This document shows positions 22,836-34,497 of a DNA stretch of 64,000 nucleotides, in pieces. Source of the stretch: Lepidodermella squamata. Its lineage: Eukaryota; Animalia; Gastrotricha. The stretch is from assembly GCA_047495785.1 (NCBI GenBank), contig JBLDXI010000009.1, positions 1,488,001 to 1,552,000 of the forward strand, written 5' to 3'. Position numbers and translations under genes: made by a program. A model generated the notes under the pieces. That model had not been told where the DNA came from and ran no database searches. It saw only the letters and a list, made by a program, of their open reading frames with translations. How positions within the stretch are numbered: the stretch's first letter is position 1; every line of letters starts with the position of its first letter.

Positions 22836-23256
22836 ATGCATAGGGTTATCAAGTATTCTGTTTGTTTTACCTTGTTGGCAGCTTTATTTTTCAATGATTT
22901 TGCAGTAGCTCTCAAATCGTTCGTCTATCAGCCTCATCGGATAAGAGATACACGCTGCAATCAAGCCCCGATTTGCAAAGGTAAGATTTACAGCTTCGTC
23001 ATTGTTTAGATACTTATTGCACCCCGTAGACCATCCTTGGGCCGTTTGTGTCATCACGAAATGGGGCGGACTTCAGTACGTTGCCAACAAGCGAATAGTC
23101 GAATGCAATGCCTCGGATAGAGAGCGATTCAGGACACATTACGAAGCTCGGTTAAAAGGCGATAACGCGCCACCAATCATGGAACAAACTGTTGTACGCG
23201 AATATCTGCAAGAACGACGTCATCATGGCGAAAGTCCATTCTGGCGGCGCCGTTAG
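22836..23256 (+). CDS. Secreted Cys-containing protein 5 (2 exons)
   Basis: Signal MHRVIKYSVCFTLLAALFFNDFAVA; intron 22981-23029 gives CNQAPICKDHPWAVCVITKWGGLQYVANKRIVEC, which aligns without gaps to the first module of protein 4. Confidence 0.7.
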
Positions 23257-23985
23257 GTACAGAAACTGGAACGAGGTCAAGTGTCCAATTTATCGAGACT
23301 CGTGTCCATAATATATGAATACCAGGTAGCATTGATAAGCAATGTGCGGAATGATCGACTAAATAAACATTTAAAATAAAAAAAATGGCGGCGCTTAGAT
23401 GCCTCTGAACATTTTATACCTATGACGTGCGTTTTTTCCATTCTCTCCCGGTCAAATAAATGTGAGGACCAAGGCTATCAAGTAATTTCGGTCAATTTCG
23501 ATAAATTCGACTCATATTAGATCAAAGTCAGAGTTATAAGTCATTCACTGTTATAGCTTTTACGTCATAAATACCACCGTGATTTCGCGAGAATTCGATT
23601 ATTTCAGAAAGTTGTTATAGCTGTGATTTTGAAACTTTATTGCTTCAAGCACCCTATTCATTTGATAACGTCTTCACTATGACGGCAGGTAAGAGGACAA
23701 AGCCATGAATGACCCTCCTACCGGGGGCGTACATCGTTCCCATTCAGCTAGTATTCTTTAAATCGCAGTACTGGTAATGATATTGCACAATTTGGTGCTG
23801 AAAAACTGGTGTAAGAAATTTTACGTAAGAACTCTTGAACGCTGCTGCATTCATTTCGCCTAGCAATTTGTTTGATGAAAGCATTTTTTATAGCGGAATA
23901 AATAATCCACTGGATCCTAGGCTGAGGCTATTACTTAATTCATTTCAAGATGGTTAAATGCCACCGACATCAATAGGACGGCTCA

Positions 23986-25227
23986 ATGGCATCATCTGGA
24001 CAGAACCCCAACAGTTTGCCTCAGAATAAGGGCGTCGTGATGATGGACTGGGGCAAATCTAACGTGGCAACGGCTAAAAAAATATCGGCCGGACTTGGGC
24101 CGTCGTTAGGGGATTTTAACAATTACCCGTATAAGCAGCCTCCTCGTAACAACACCGAGACTAATGCCAAACAAAAGTCACGGAAGAACTCGATATCTAG
24201 CACTATTGATCAAGACGCAATTGTCGCGTTTTCAGCGTCTGTCGAAGAAACGCTGAAAATCACGGCACCGCAGGTTGTGGTAACTGTCAGCAATAGCGTT
24301 TCATTCATGGCCCCTCGATCTTCGTTGACCAACACCACTACGACAGGAACGACAACCGGGACGACAGATGACGGTGTTGTGGGCAGGGTCAGCCAGCGAC
24401 CGGTGACTCCGTGGCGGCCTGATGACAACGTTTGCTCCGAGACAAATACCCCTCTCGCTTTCACGCCATCTGTGAACGAGCCCGATCCCTTTGCCGTACC
24501 AGTCAATACTGGCAATCAATCAGCAGTGCCAATCAACAACTATTGGGAAAAGACCGCGAACCCAACACAACAGTCTATGTTCAAAGCTCCGACAAAACTT
24601 CTAGGAAAAAGATCGAAACAAGAAGTCGTTAACAGCGGCCTCGCATCATCTACTGCTAATAAGTCTGCAAATCTGAAATTGCCATCTGCTACGTCACCTG
24701 CATCTAGCGTAAGCTCTAGACTAAGCGACCGGGCGCCAATTACTCGTAAGAACAGTAATAACAATAGCAATGAATACTTCAATATCGAAGTCAGACCGTT
24801 TTCGAAGGAGTTAAGGCTTTATCGTTTCTCGAACTTACCAAACCAAGCACCTCCTTCTCAAACCCCTCAGATGGCGAAAGCCTTTCTCGGCAGCAGTTCG
24901 TTTTCGGTGAGAAATCAAGAAGTCGCAAATGTCAACCGGCCGTCGTTTAATGCTAGCAGTTTTCAACACAACAATAACAGCTTCATGCGTGCCCCGTCGA
25001 CTGCAGAAGGTGCTTCGTATTTCTACCATCAACCAGCTTCGACGCCGCAAACAAGGCAGAGTACGGCAGGAGAGGTGAAGGAATCGAGTGAGCCTTTCAT
25101 CAAGAAACCCCTGTTACCTGCGATCTCTCTCAGTGGCGGCTTGAACTTCGCAAACATGGGAAACAGCAACAACAGCAGTAATGACGTGCGAGATTTGTAT
25201 CAGTCAAAATCCAGGCGAAAAATGTAG
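23986..25227 (+). CDS. Uncharacterised S/N/T/P-rich, probably disordered protein
   Basis: 413-codon uninterrupted ORF with low-complexity composition and AATAAA about 40 nt after the stop; no domain recognised. Confidence 0.6.
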   Translation: MASSGQNPNSLPQNKGVVMMDWGKSNVATAKKISAGLGPSLGDFNNYPYKQPPRNNTETNAKQKSRKNSISSTIDQDAIVAFSASVEETLKITAPQVVVTVSNSVSFMAPRSSLTNTTTTGTTTGTTDDGVVGRVSQRPVTPWRPDDNVCSETNTPLAFTPSVNEPDPFAVPVNTGNQSAVPINNYWEKTANPTQQSMFKAPTKLLGKRSKQEVVNSGLASSTANKSANLKLPSATSPASSVSSRLSDRAPITRKNSNNNSNEYFNIEVRPFSKELRLYRFSNLPNQAPPSQTPQMAKAFLGSSSFSVRNQEVANVNRPSFNASSFQHNNNSFMRAPSTAEGASYFYHQPASTPQTRQSTAGEVKESSEPFIKKPLLPAISLSGGLNFANMGNSNNSSNDVRDLYQSKSRRKM

Positions 25228-25466
25228 TGCTATAGGTTCACCTTTCTATTGTAAATTCGACTTCGAAATAAAACGCCATTTGCCTTTCTGGTATATCTGA
25301 AAGTCAATAATGAATAGTGTTATCTTTCCTGATATGACGTGAAATTCCTAGTTTTTTATCCAGGATAATCATCCGGTTCACGGTGAGAAACTGATAACGA
25401 CCGGTAGAAAAGCACCGAGATGGCGGGGTAATGCACCTGAAAAGGAAAGGCGTATACATTTACAAA

Positions 25467-27314
25467 ATGGACTCTTCATTAGAGAGCTCTCGCAGCTCTT
25501 CGTACTCCCGCGAATTCTCTTCGGAAGACGTCACTCCCGAATACGAGCTGATTGAAGCTGTGTCGAGCGGGGATTTTCGCGAGGTTAAGGCAATATTTCA
25601 AGCGTATGTTTCAATCAATGTGAATCACCTCGAATCTGAGTTCAAATCATGGAGCGCTCTTCACTGGGCCGCCTATCTCGGTCATCTGCAGATCGCGAAA
25701 TATTTAGTAGCAAGAGGAGCAGCTCTATCACTGCGGACAGGTAACGGTGGACAGTGGACACCGCTGATGTTGGCAAGCCGAGCTGGTCATCTTGGTATGG
25801 TAGCATTCCTCGTCCTTGCGTCTACCAATCCATTCGAATTCGTTAACGAGCAGGCTACAGGCTTCGAAAACTTGTTCACCCACAGGCAATATCGGGACTA
25901 TCATAAGTTTTGCTTTCGTTGGAGCTTTAAAGTTTGTGATTGTGAAGCTGCGAGGTCTTGGACAGCACTCCACGCCGCGAGTTTTGGTGGTCACGTCGAT
26001 ATCGCGCGCTTCCTTATAGAGAAAGGTGCTAACGTCGAGGCTGTAACCGAATTCGGAGAAACTGCCTTGATGCTGACGCCATTTCATGATGACCATGCTG
26101 TGACTGAGCTATTTTTGTCCCTCCCTTCGGTCGACATCCATCTATCGGACAACGAGGGTATCACGGCATTATTCAGAGTTGCGTTGAAGAGTCGCCTTAA
26201 ATCAGCGAGGAAGCTTCTGCAGAGAGGCGCGGATCCTAACAAGTTGGACAACAACGGTTTCGGTATTCTTCATCACATGGCTCACGAAAGTGAAGGCAAT
26301 TGGCTTCACGAATCAATGGTCAAGTTGTTACTGGACTTCAAGGCTGATATAGACTTGAGATCAGCCGGGAACAACAAAACGGCTTTGATGGTTGCAGCCG
26401 AGCGATGCTGTGAATCCTTCGCCAGAGTTCTTCTATCACGCGGGGCTTCGATTAATGCTCGTAGTTTGGATGGTTATACGCCGCTGATGTGCTTCATAGC
26501 ATCCTTCGAAAAATGGGCAAGTCGCAGCCAGGACGAAGAAGCTGACAAGGTACAGCTGCTGAGTTTCGCCAAGCTACTGATCGAGCAGAAGGATGCTGAC
26601 TTGAATCTAGTCAACTCCAACGGTCGAACTGCGTTAATGATGGCTGTCAGGAGGGGCTTCTTGCCATTAGTTCAAGTGCTTGTTGAAAGCGGCGCGGACG
26701 TCAACGCGGAAGCCATGCAAACAAACCAGACAACGCATACTCCGAAGAAAGCATTGGACATAGCTCTGAGAAATATTATCCGACCTGACGGTGACGATGA
26801 AGCTATGTCTGTAGAGCACGTCGAAATCGCTATTTGGCTGATAGAAAATACAAGTGCACTTGTTGGCGATATTGGAATTTTGAAGCGAGCGGGGTATTTT
26901 TGTTTTGGAAATAGGAACCAATATGCCCCAGCTCCATCGAAACTGCTTCGAAGCCTTTTCCTAGGCGGCCATTTGACGGGGTTAAGTTCCCAGTTGGCGC
27001 ATGTTGAGGCTGCATTTATATTCAAGGAATACTTCAACTCTTATGGACTCGCTAACGACCAGCTTTTCCCGATAGAAATGGCAGTGGCTTGCCGTGGAAC
27101 GTCACAGCGCTTTCGATTACCTGATGGCTCGAACCAAGAAAGTGAGTGGTTGAAAGTGAGGTTTCCTCTCAGCTTGAAGGACATGTGTCGAATTTCGATT
27201 CTGAAAGCCATACCTCAATCTGGGTTGAAACGCCGAAAAGATGCCGTGAAAAATGGCCTACAGAACATTATACCGAATAACCTTATTGACTACCTGTTGT
27301 TTGAGCATAGGTGA
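25467..27314 (+). CDS. Ankyrin-repeat and SOCS-box protein (ASB-like), intronless
   Basis: About 8-9 ankyrin repeats (SALHWAAYLGH, TPLMLASRAGH, TALHAASFGGH, TALMMAVRRG); C-terminal PLSLKDMCRISI...IPNNLIDYLLF SOCS box. An alternative start lies at 25431. Confidence 0.85.
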   Translation: MDSSLESSRSSSYSREFSSEDVTPEYELIEAVSSGDFREVKAIFQAYVSINVNHLESEFKSWSALHWAAYLGHLQIAKYLVARGAALSLRTGNGGQWTPLMLASRAGHLGMVAFLVLASTNPFEFVNEQATGFENLFTHRQYRDYHKFCFRWSFKVCDCEAARSWTALHAASFGGHVDIARFLIEKGANVEAVTEFGETALMLTPFHDDHAVTELFLSLPSVDIHLSDNEGITALFRVALKSRLKSARKLLQRGADPNKLDNNGFGILHHMAHESEGNWLHESMVKLLLDFKADIDLRSAGNNKTALMVAAERCCESFARVLLSRGASINARSLDGYTPLMCFIASFEKWASRSQDEEADKVQLLSFAKLLIEQKDADLNLVNSNGRTALMMAVRRGFLPLVQVLVESGADVNAEAMQTNQTTHTPKKALDIALRNIIRPDGDDEAMSVEHVEIAIWLIENTSALVGDIGILKRAGYFCFGNRNQYAPAPSKLLRSLFLGGHLTGLSSQLAHVEAAFIFKEYFNSYGLANDQLFPIEMAVACRGTSQRFRLPDGSNQESEWLKVRFPLSLKDMCRISILKAIPQSGLKRRKDAVKNGLQNIIPNNLIDYLLFEHR

Positions 27315-27910
27315 CATGGTTTTTATGCCCTTGAAGTATTAAAATGAAATAAAACGTTTTAGCTATCGAAATTTCTGAATCGAAGTCAAAAGATCTGGTT
27401 CGATGATTTTTTTAGCAGGATTTACTTACTGTTGCCATGTACAGGTAGTTTGAATAAATTATAGAGTAAACATGTCCTGTTCAAGTTGCACATGCTCTTA
27501 CATTCAGCTTTTTCCTTTCGCACTCAGACTATAGCTGAGATCACGCTTCAGGGCTGTGCACCCAAAACATGAAGCTGAGTCGCTATAGGATGAAAAAATT
27601 AGCGAATATTCTCGAATCCTTTATTCATCCATCTTCTGATGACAAAGAAAATTTGCTGATCGAAAATGACTCTTTCCTGCATGAAGTCAATAAGTAGCGC
27701 TTAAACAATTCAGAATGCATCACAGAACAGGAAATCTTTGTAGAATTTTCTGAATTGAAAAAAGAACTGCGACTATCGAGATGAGAGTTTCCAGAAAACT
27801 TTGATCGTCCCGAGCAGGTTCTTCGAGTTCGAATAACACTTTTGCAGGATGAGATGCAGCTGGCTCATTGACCCTTATTCCGTTGAAATCTCCGCTTTTT
27901 TAGGGTAGAT

Positions 27911-28914
27911 TCATCTTAATTGCTCACGATGATTAGCATCGCCTGCGTCATCTTCCTTCAATCCCGTCAGACGTTCGCTGAGTTCCCATAATTTGTGAGT
28001 CATCTCCTTATCTTGAGCTATGCCCCAAAGACTTCTGGGTCGATTTTCTTTGAAGTAACCGCCTGAATATTTTTCGATGCCAGGGGCTGTGGCGATGTAA
28101 CAACTCGTGGCTGCATCCATTTCAACATTTTTCTGGAATATATGACGAGAGCGAAAAGCCTGCTTCCTGAATTTGTCGATTGAATTTCGCCGGTAGCCAG
28201 TTACTTCTGTTTGATCGGCACATGGCCGAATGCTGAAAACTGACACTCCACTCTTTATATCGCCACCATTGAGACGAGCATGTAAACCAACAGTGAATAG
28301 GATATTGGCGAGTTTTGACTGGCAATATTGGGACCAAGATGTATATTTAGACGGCTGTAAAGCTTGAGGATCGTCTATGTGAAAGCCAGTGGGCCAGCAA
28401 AACTTGTAAGCATCTGCAGCCACCACTATTATCCGGCTGGGAGCCGATTTTTTGATCAAATCTAGCAAGAGGTTTGTAAGTAAAAAATGTCCTATTTCAG
28501 AAAAATTATAGAAAAAAGGAATTGAGGTAATTTATTCATACCTAGGTGATTAGTCGCGAATGTCAATTCATAACCATCAACGCTCTCTTCTCTGCGTGGA
28601 GGTCCGACTATTCCAGCATTATTAATTAGCACGTGTAATTCAGGTTCGGTGCTATTAATTAACGCAGCGAACTCTCGAACTGACTCGAGGCAGGCAAGGT
28701 CCAATTGTCGAACAACAACAGTGTCTTCGCTAAGATTATGAGTTTGCCTGATTTCGTCAGCTGTAACCTCGCCGGATTCGACATCCCTACACGCTAGAAT
28801 GACTCGCCTCGGCTCCATTCCAGCCAAAGCCATAGCCGTGGCCTTCCCAATGCCGCGGTTTGAACCAGTAATTAAGACGGTTTTACCTCTTATTGACCAC
28901 CGTGGCGAATCCAT
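27911..28914 (-). CDS. Retinol dehydrogenase 11-14-like short-chain dehydrogenase/reductase (2 exons)
   Basis: TGSNRGIG, ILACRD, LDLACLESVREFA, LINNAG, FATNHLG|HF, catalytic YCQSKLAN, LWELSERL; intron about 28493-28541. Confidence 0.9.
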
Positions 28915-29841
28915 AAATAAATACACCGTCAAACTGGAGTGGTTTTACTTTGACGAAAGTTTATTTGTATTCCTAATGCTGAGCTGCATAGCGGTGCAGT
29001 ATAACTATTATATTATAAGTAGCTGCACACGCTAGAACTGTTAGTAATTAATATATGCACGCCTTGATCGCAAAAAAAGAAAAGTACCGTCAATAGGACC
29101 TGCGTGAAATTTTTGTATTACATGACGTACATTTGGCATTAACTTCAGGCAGGTGGCTTGTGCGCTTAACTGCGCTTTTTTCAAACGTGGCGATGAAGAG
29201 AGCCCTTCATTTTATAGCAGCGATTATTAGACGTCATAATCACCGAGTAACGAACTCAGTAAATAAGATGACAGATATGACCCAGATCTTCAGATGGCAG
29301 CATCGTCTCTGGCTTTACTGTGAATTCATGATTGTTTCAGGTTATTTTTGGCCAAACCATGTGAAGTCGATGTATCATGCACTGAGGAACAACAAATTCA
29401 CCCAAAAAATTAGGCCAAACAACAAATCTTCTAATTTTTGATAAATTGTTAACATACATTTGATAACTCTTTGATTGGTACTGAGGTCTCCGTAACTTAA
29501 TTGAGACTCAAGAAGTTCTGGAACAAAGCCGAATAGACAATATCAGATATCACCGAATTGAGACAAAATGCAGGCCTTTTGAGAATGGAAAGAGAACTGG
29601 TACATATGAGTCAGGCTTAACATCGTGCAGTTGAATATCTTATCTCTAAAAAGGGGAGATAGGGCTTGAGTAATGAGTATTTCGATAGGAGTGGTTTGCG
29701 GGAGCCTGGTATCGCGATTCGTTGGAATGATAATGTTCTCATAATGACCCGGTGTTACTAAACGGAATAATAAAGCATACATACGTTTAAATAAACTGAA
29801 GCACCGCAGCTACAAACACCAACGATTTTTTTACCACTGAA

Positions 29842-32004
29842 ATGCATAGATTCTCGCTGCAGATCGCTGTAATTTCTACAGTTCTAGCGGTTATTTCAGT
29901 CACAAGCTTCAATCGATTTCTATCAAATTTAAATGGCAAAGACCAACAGGGAATTGGTGTTACCAAAATAGCTGTTAATTTGTTCCTGGTAGCGACGAGC
30001 GTCGCATCCTTGATATCTGCACTTCTAACAGCCTACCTATCCTTATTCCTGCCTATATCTCGATTGCATCAATCGACCTACGATGTCCTTCTTCACTTCG
30101 GCTGCGCCATTTACTTCCGTTTGGTTTCCCTCGCTTATTGGCGAAGGTTAGAGCACGCTACCAAGAATGTCAGGGAGGTTCAAGAGGCAACACTGCTACG
30201 CCTTTTATCCGAAAATTCCGATACTGAATATGGTAGGAAAATGAAGTTTGCCGAGATAAAGGACAGGGAAGATTACCGTCGGAAGCATCCATTTTGCACA
30301 TACGAGCCTTTCAGAGACTATGTTGAAAGAATGGAGCACAAAGGCGAATTCAACCTGAATACAGCGCGAGACATTGGTCAGTTCTATCTGAGTTCAGGCA
30401 CAACTGGGAAAGCCAAGACAATACCCGGAGTGGTTAACTCGTCTTATTCCAGACGCGAAGGACTTTTTATGTAATAGTTTATTCATTACAAAATGAAAAA
30501 ATCTATGAAATTATTTTGCAGATGGAACTATTTGCCATTGATGCTCCCATCGGAACCCTATCTTGCACCTCTCAAGTCAGCTGCATTCTACTTCACACCT
30601 CGATGGAGATTTTCTTCAACAGGAATAGCGATCGGACCTGCTTCAGTATTGCCTCCAGCACACCGCAGCTTTGCCGTTTCCCTCGCGCGATCTTCCCCTG
30701 AAGCGATTCACGTCTCGATATCAGAAACCGGTCAAACTTACTTGCATTGGCTCTTCGCTCTTTACGACCCTGAGCTGGTTAGGATTGATGCTGTATACGG
30801 TGGTTCACTAGTCTCTTGCCTAGAATTTCTCTCGAGCCACTGGTCTCAACTCAGCCAAGACATCAGAACTGGACGAATAAATGACAACTCGAAACTTGAA
30901 ATTCCGTCCGATATTCTCGAGAAAATTACGCCTCTATTATGGGCAGATCCTGAAAGGGCTGATGAAATCGATCGCCAATTCGCGAAAGGAGACAAAGGCG
31001 TCATAACTCGACTTTGGCCTCGAATTAAGATGTGTTACGCTATCGTAACAGGCGCTCACAGCATTTGCGTGGACCGCATTCGTCATTTTATGGGACCGGA
31101 CGTTAAAATCTACTCCTCGATGTACGTTTCAAGTGAGTGCGGTGCTGCAGCACTGAATTTGGCTCATCCTTACGTTGGTGGTCAGAAAAATGTGAAAAGC
31201 GATAAGGAGCTGTTCACAATGGTACCGAATGGCGGGGTATTCTTCGAATTCATTCCAGTGACCGGTGATGAACATGATCAGGTTCACCTTGACCAGCCGA
31301 CGAATAGCGTTTTTATGGATGAATTAAAGAAAGGATGTCGGTATGAAGTCGCGCTTTCGTCTGATACATGTGGTTTCTATCGCTATCGGATTGGAGACAT
31401 TATCGAAGTCGTGGATTTCCACAACCAAGCCCCTGTGGTTGAGTTCTGCGCTCGAGTTGGCAGCTTGCTAGATCTCCGCGGAGAGAAAACGGCTGAAGAT
31501 GCGGTGCTGAACGCGCTGAAAAACTGCGTTGGAGAAAAATGGCGGGGTAGTAAAAATCTGGCTAACTTCACTGCCACTGAATGCTTGTCGATTCGAAAAT
31601 TCCTCTCAGAGGCTAAAGACAAATCGAAATACGAAGCTTTGGTCAATGACGTTCCCGGCTCGATGTACTACGTCATTTTTGCCGAAGTAGAGGGTTTGAA
31701 CCGAAAACTTTCCCCCGAGGAGGTTTCAACTTTTGACGAGGAACTTCAAAAGACTGCCGCTCGATTTAGTTACTACCGGAGTTTGAATTCCATGGCCATG
31801 CCCAAGGTATAATTCTTTTTTTACCAATCCATTAGCGATTTTATCGTTTATTACGACTAGGTCTACATTTTAAAACCTGGCTCATTTGATGGGATGAAAC
31901 GGCGAGCTTTGGAAAAAGCTGGATCTGTTTCAAATCAATACAAAACGCCACGATATGTCAAAGCCGAAGATATAATTCAGTTCCTCCTTGATTCTGCTGT
32001 TTGA
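29842..32004 (+). CDS. GHDC: GH3-domain acyl-acid amido synthetase-like protein (GHDC-like), 3 exons
   Basis: Motifs SSGTTGKAK, YVSSE, YRYRIGD, GEKT; final exon 31861-32004 contains QYKTPR; hydrophobic N-terminal segments. Confidence 0.85.
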
Positions 32005-32459
32005 TCTAGATTCTGATCGATATTCTAGGACACTTGAAGTGTTGCTTGTAACCCTTACTAGGTATCCATGAGTACTTACGGCGTTATAAATGAAATTAGT
32101 AAGACCTGCTCTTTCAAATAAAGGAATGAAGTCCCACTGTTGCAAAGTTGATGATATGCAATGTATTTTGCCATTTTTCAAAATTAATTTACACTCAATT
32201 TTTCGCCCATCCCACTACACCACAAATTGAACGCAATACTTAACCAAGGCCCTTGTGTAATGAAACTGGAGTTTTAAAAGCTTTTCTTGCTTTTTGGTGC
32301 GAAGAAAATGGCACTCATCAATCATGGATCCATTGACACATTTGCGGCGCGCATTTAAAATCGATACGAGTTCGCATTCTTCGAGTCAAGTGTGCGAGTC
32401 AATCGACATAAAAATATATTGATGACCTCTCATAAACTTACAATACAACCGTTTTCGCC

Positions 32460-34471
32460 ATGAAAAAACTAATATGGTCATTATTACCTCTCATGCTTAT
32501 GAGTACCAAGTCGGGTAGCGTGTTACAACCTGAGAATGGAACCTCGGCGTTGACCAACGGGACTATCATGGAAACGACTGTCTCCCGAACAGACACTGTC
32601 ACACAATCGTCCCATAATTCCTTGGACTCTCCAATATCAGAATATGAACTGGAGGAGTTCCTCTTTCGGAATTATTCAAGCGCGTGTCGCCCGCGGAGAG
32701 ATGCTCGAAAACCCGTGGCGATCGAGCTCGGTATGAAGTTATACGCCTTGAACGAGATTGTTAGTCATTGAAGCGATTTTTCAATCATCTTAACGAGAAT
32801 TGTTTTGCAGATTGAGAGAACTCACGAGATTATTGTGACCGCATCCTTAACTGTTCAATGGTGGGACGAATTTCTTCAGTGGGAAAACACGTCTTATTCT
32901 CAGATTGAATTGATAGCGATGCCGAGCTCCAAGCTTTGGTAAATTCCTGATCAAAGTTTTACCCAGGGAGAAACTGTTTCGTTCTACAGGCTTCCGGATA
33001 TCGCGCTAACAAATTCGGGTGACATCTATGCCTTCATGCTGTCTCGAGGGATGATGGCAGTGGTGCATTCTAACGGGGAAGTCGAGTATTTCCCCGAGGC
33101 TACAGTTACAGCTTTTTGCCAGTTTGATCTAACCTACTTCCCTTTCGATCGTCAAATGTGCGATTTCAAGTCGGTTCGTTTCAAAAATAGTTCAGAGTTG
33201 CCTACATCGTGATTTTTTAGATTTGAAAGCTGGAGTTACATTATTTCCCAACAAACTTTCAGCCTGGTTGTTCCTCCTGTTAATACTCATCGATATGGCA
33301 ATAATGAACAATGGCATCTAGTGGACACATTCGGCCGGATCTACACAGCCTGCTACAATTACACTGTTACAAAATCCTACTGCTACCCGGGGGTAACTCA
33401 TGATTTCCTATCGATTCGTGGTTTGTAACAGCTATTTTTGTGATAGGCTTTATTTCGACTTCTCCTACATCGAAAATCCGATTACTACCTCATCATGATA
33501 ATTGTTCCCTCAATAATTTTCTCAGTCGTTGAGTTGGTCGCATTCTCACTGCCTTTAGCTGAGGTCTCCAAGCTCCAGATCACCTTCACCTGCCTATTAT
33601 CCTATGCAGTTTTTCAGGTTTCAGCCCTTTCCCCCGATTAAGTTGCCTTATCCTAGATGTTTTGTAGACCACTGTCCGAGGTGATATGCCTAGGACATCA
33701 GACCACGACCCGTAAGTTTTCGGCAAAAACCTCCTTACCCTTTGAATTCGATTCGATTCACAGTTTGCTGTCAATTTACTTTGATTTGCAAATGGGGTTC
33801 ATAGCATTTGCTTTGGCTGGTGAAGCATGTGTCTTCCTTTCCTTACAACAGGCCTTCCATACAAGGGTATGACTTCCATCATTCAGTTGTATCTCTACCT
33901 ATTTTCGATTCTGCTGTAGAAAGCTCCGAAGTGGCTGATCAAAATGATGTTTATTCCTGAGTGGTCTTACGCTGACCTTCCCAATGAATCTGTAACTGTT
34001 GCTGTCGAGACTGAATTGGTTGAAATGAACTCAAATGAAACGAAAGAGCCATTACTCCTCAAGCCACCAAACCTTGACCCCTCCATTTTTACGTCTACGC
34101 CAAATTTACCAGTCAGCACGCCGCAAATGAACAGCCACTCTCGGCGTGTGAATAGATACCAGTCTCGACTGGACATGGCCAAAGTTACGCGATACCCTTC
34201 CCTCGACGTAGTCAGTCAACAGATGGAGAACCGGCCAGACGGAGATCTCCCGCCGGCTTTTGACCGACGAAGAGATCGCCTAACCGCCTGTGAACGCCGA
34301 AAATGGGAGATGATTGCTCATCGTATTGAGCAGTTCGTCGCTGCCTTCTACACGGTCGCAGTGGTGGTAACTCCCTTGTTCATGTTTTACCTCGCCAGAG
34401 TCTTCGAATCAATTAAAGACATCGGTGACAATGAACACGCTGCCGAGATGCATGTTTCTTACAGTAATTAA
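32460..34471 (+). CDS. Divergent Cys-loop ligand-gated ion channel subunit 1 (nAChR-like, non-alpha)
   Basis: Signal peptide, WWDEFLQW, LWLPDI, Cys-loop CQFDLTYFPFDRQMC, FESWSY, M1-M4, PRTSD; multi-exon. Confidence 0.85.
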
Positions 34472-34497
34472 ATGCTACAACATAAATAAAGCGATAA

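Noticed and set aside
27590-27871. Coding-like fragment MKKLANILESF... with an in-frame TGA (possible selenoprotein or gene relic)
   Set aside because: Short, no recognisable homology, the TGA is not in a redox-motif context, and no SECIS is evident; it cannot be supported as a feature.
29842-32004. Horizontal transfer of GH3 from plants or bacteria
   Set aside because: Animals have a native GHDC family and this gene has host-type introns; a phylogeny would be needed to claim transfer.
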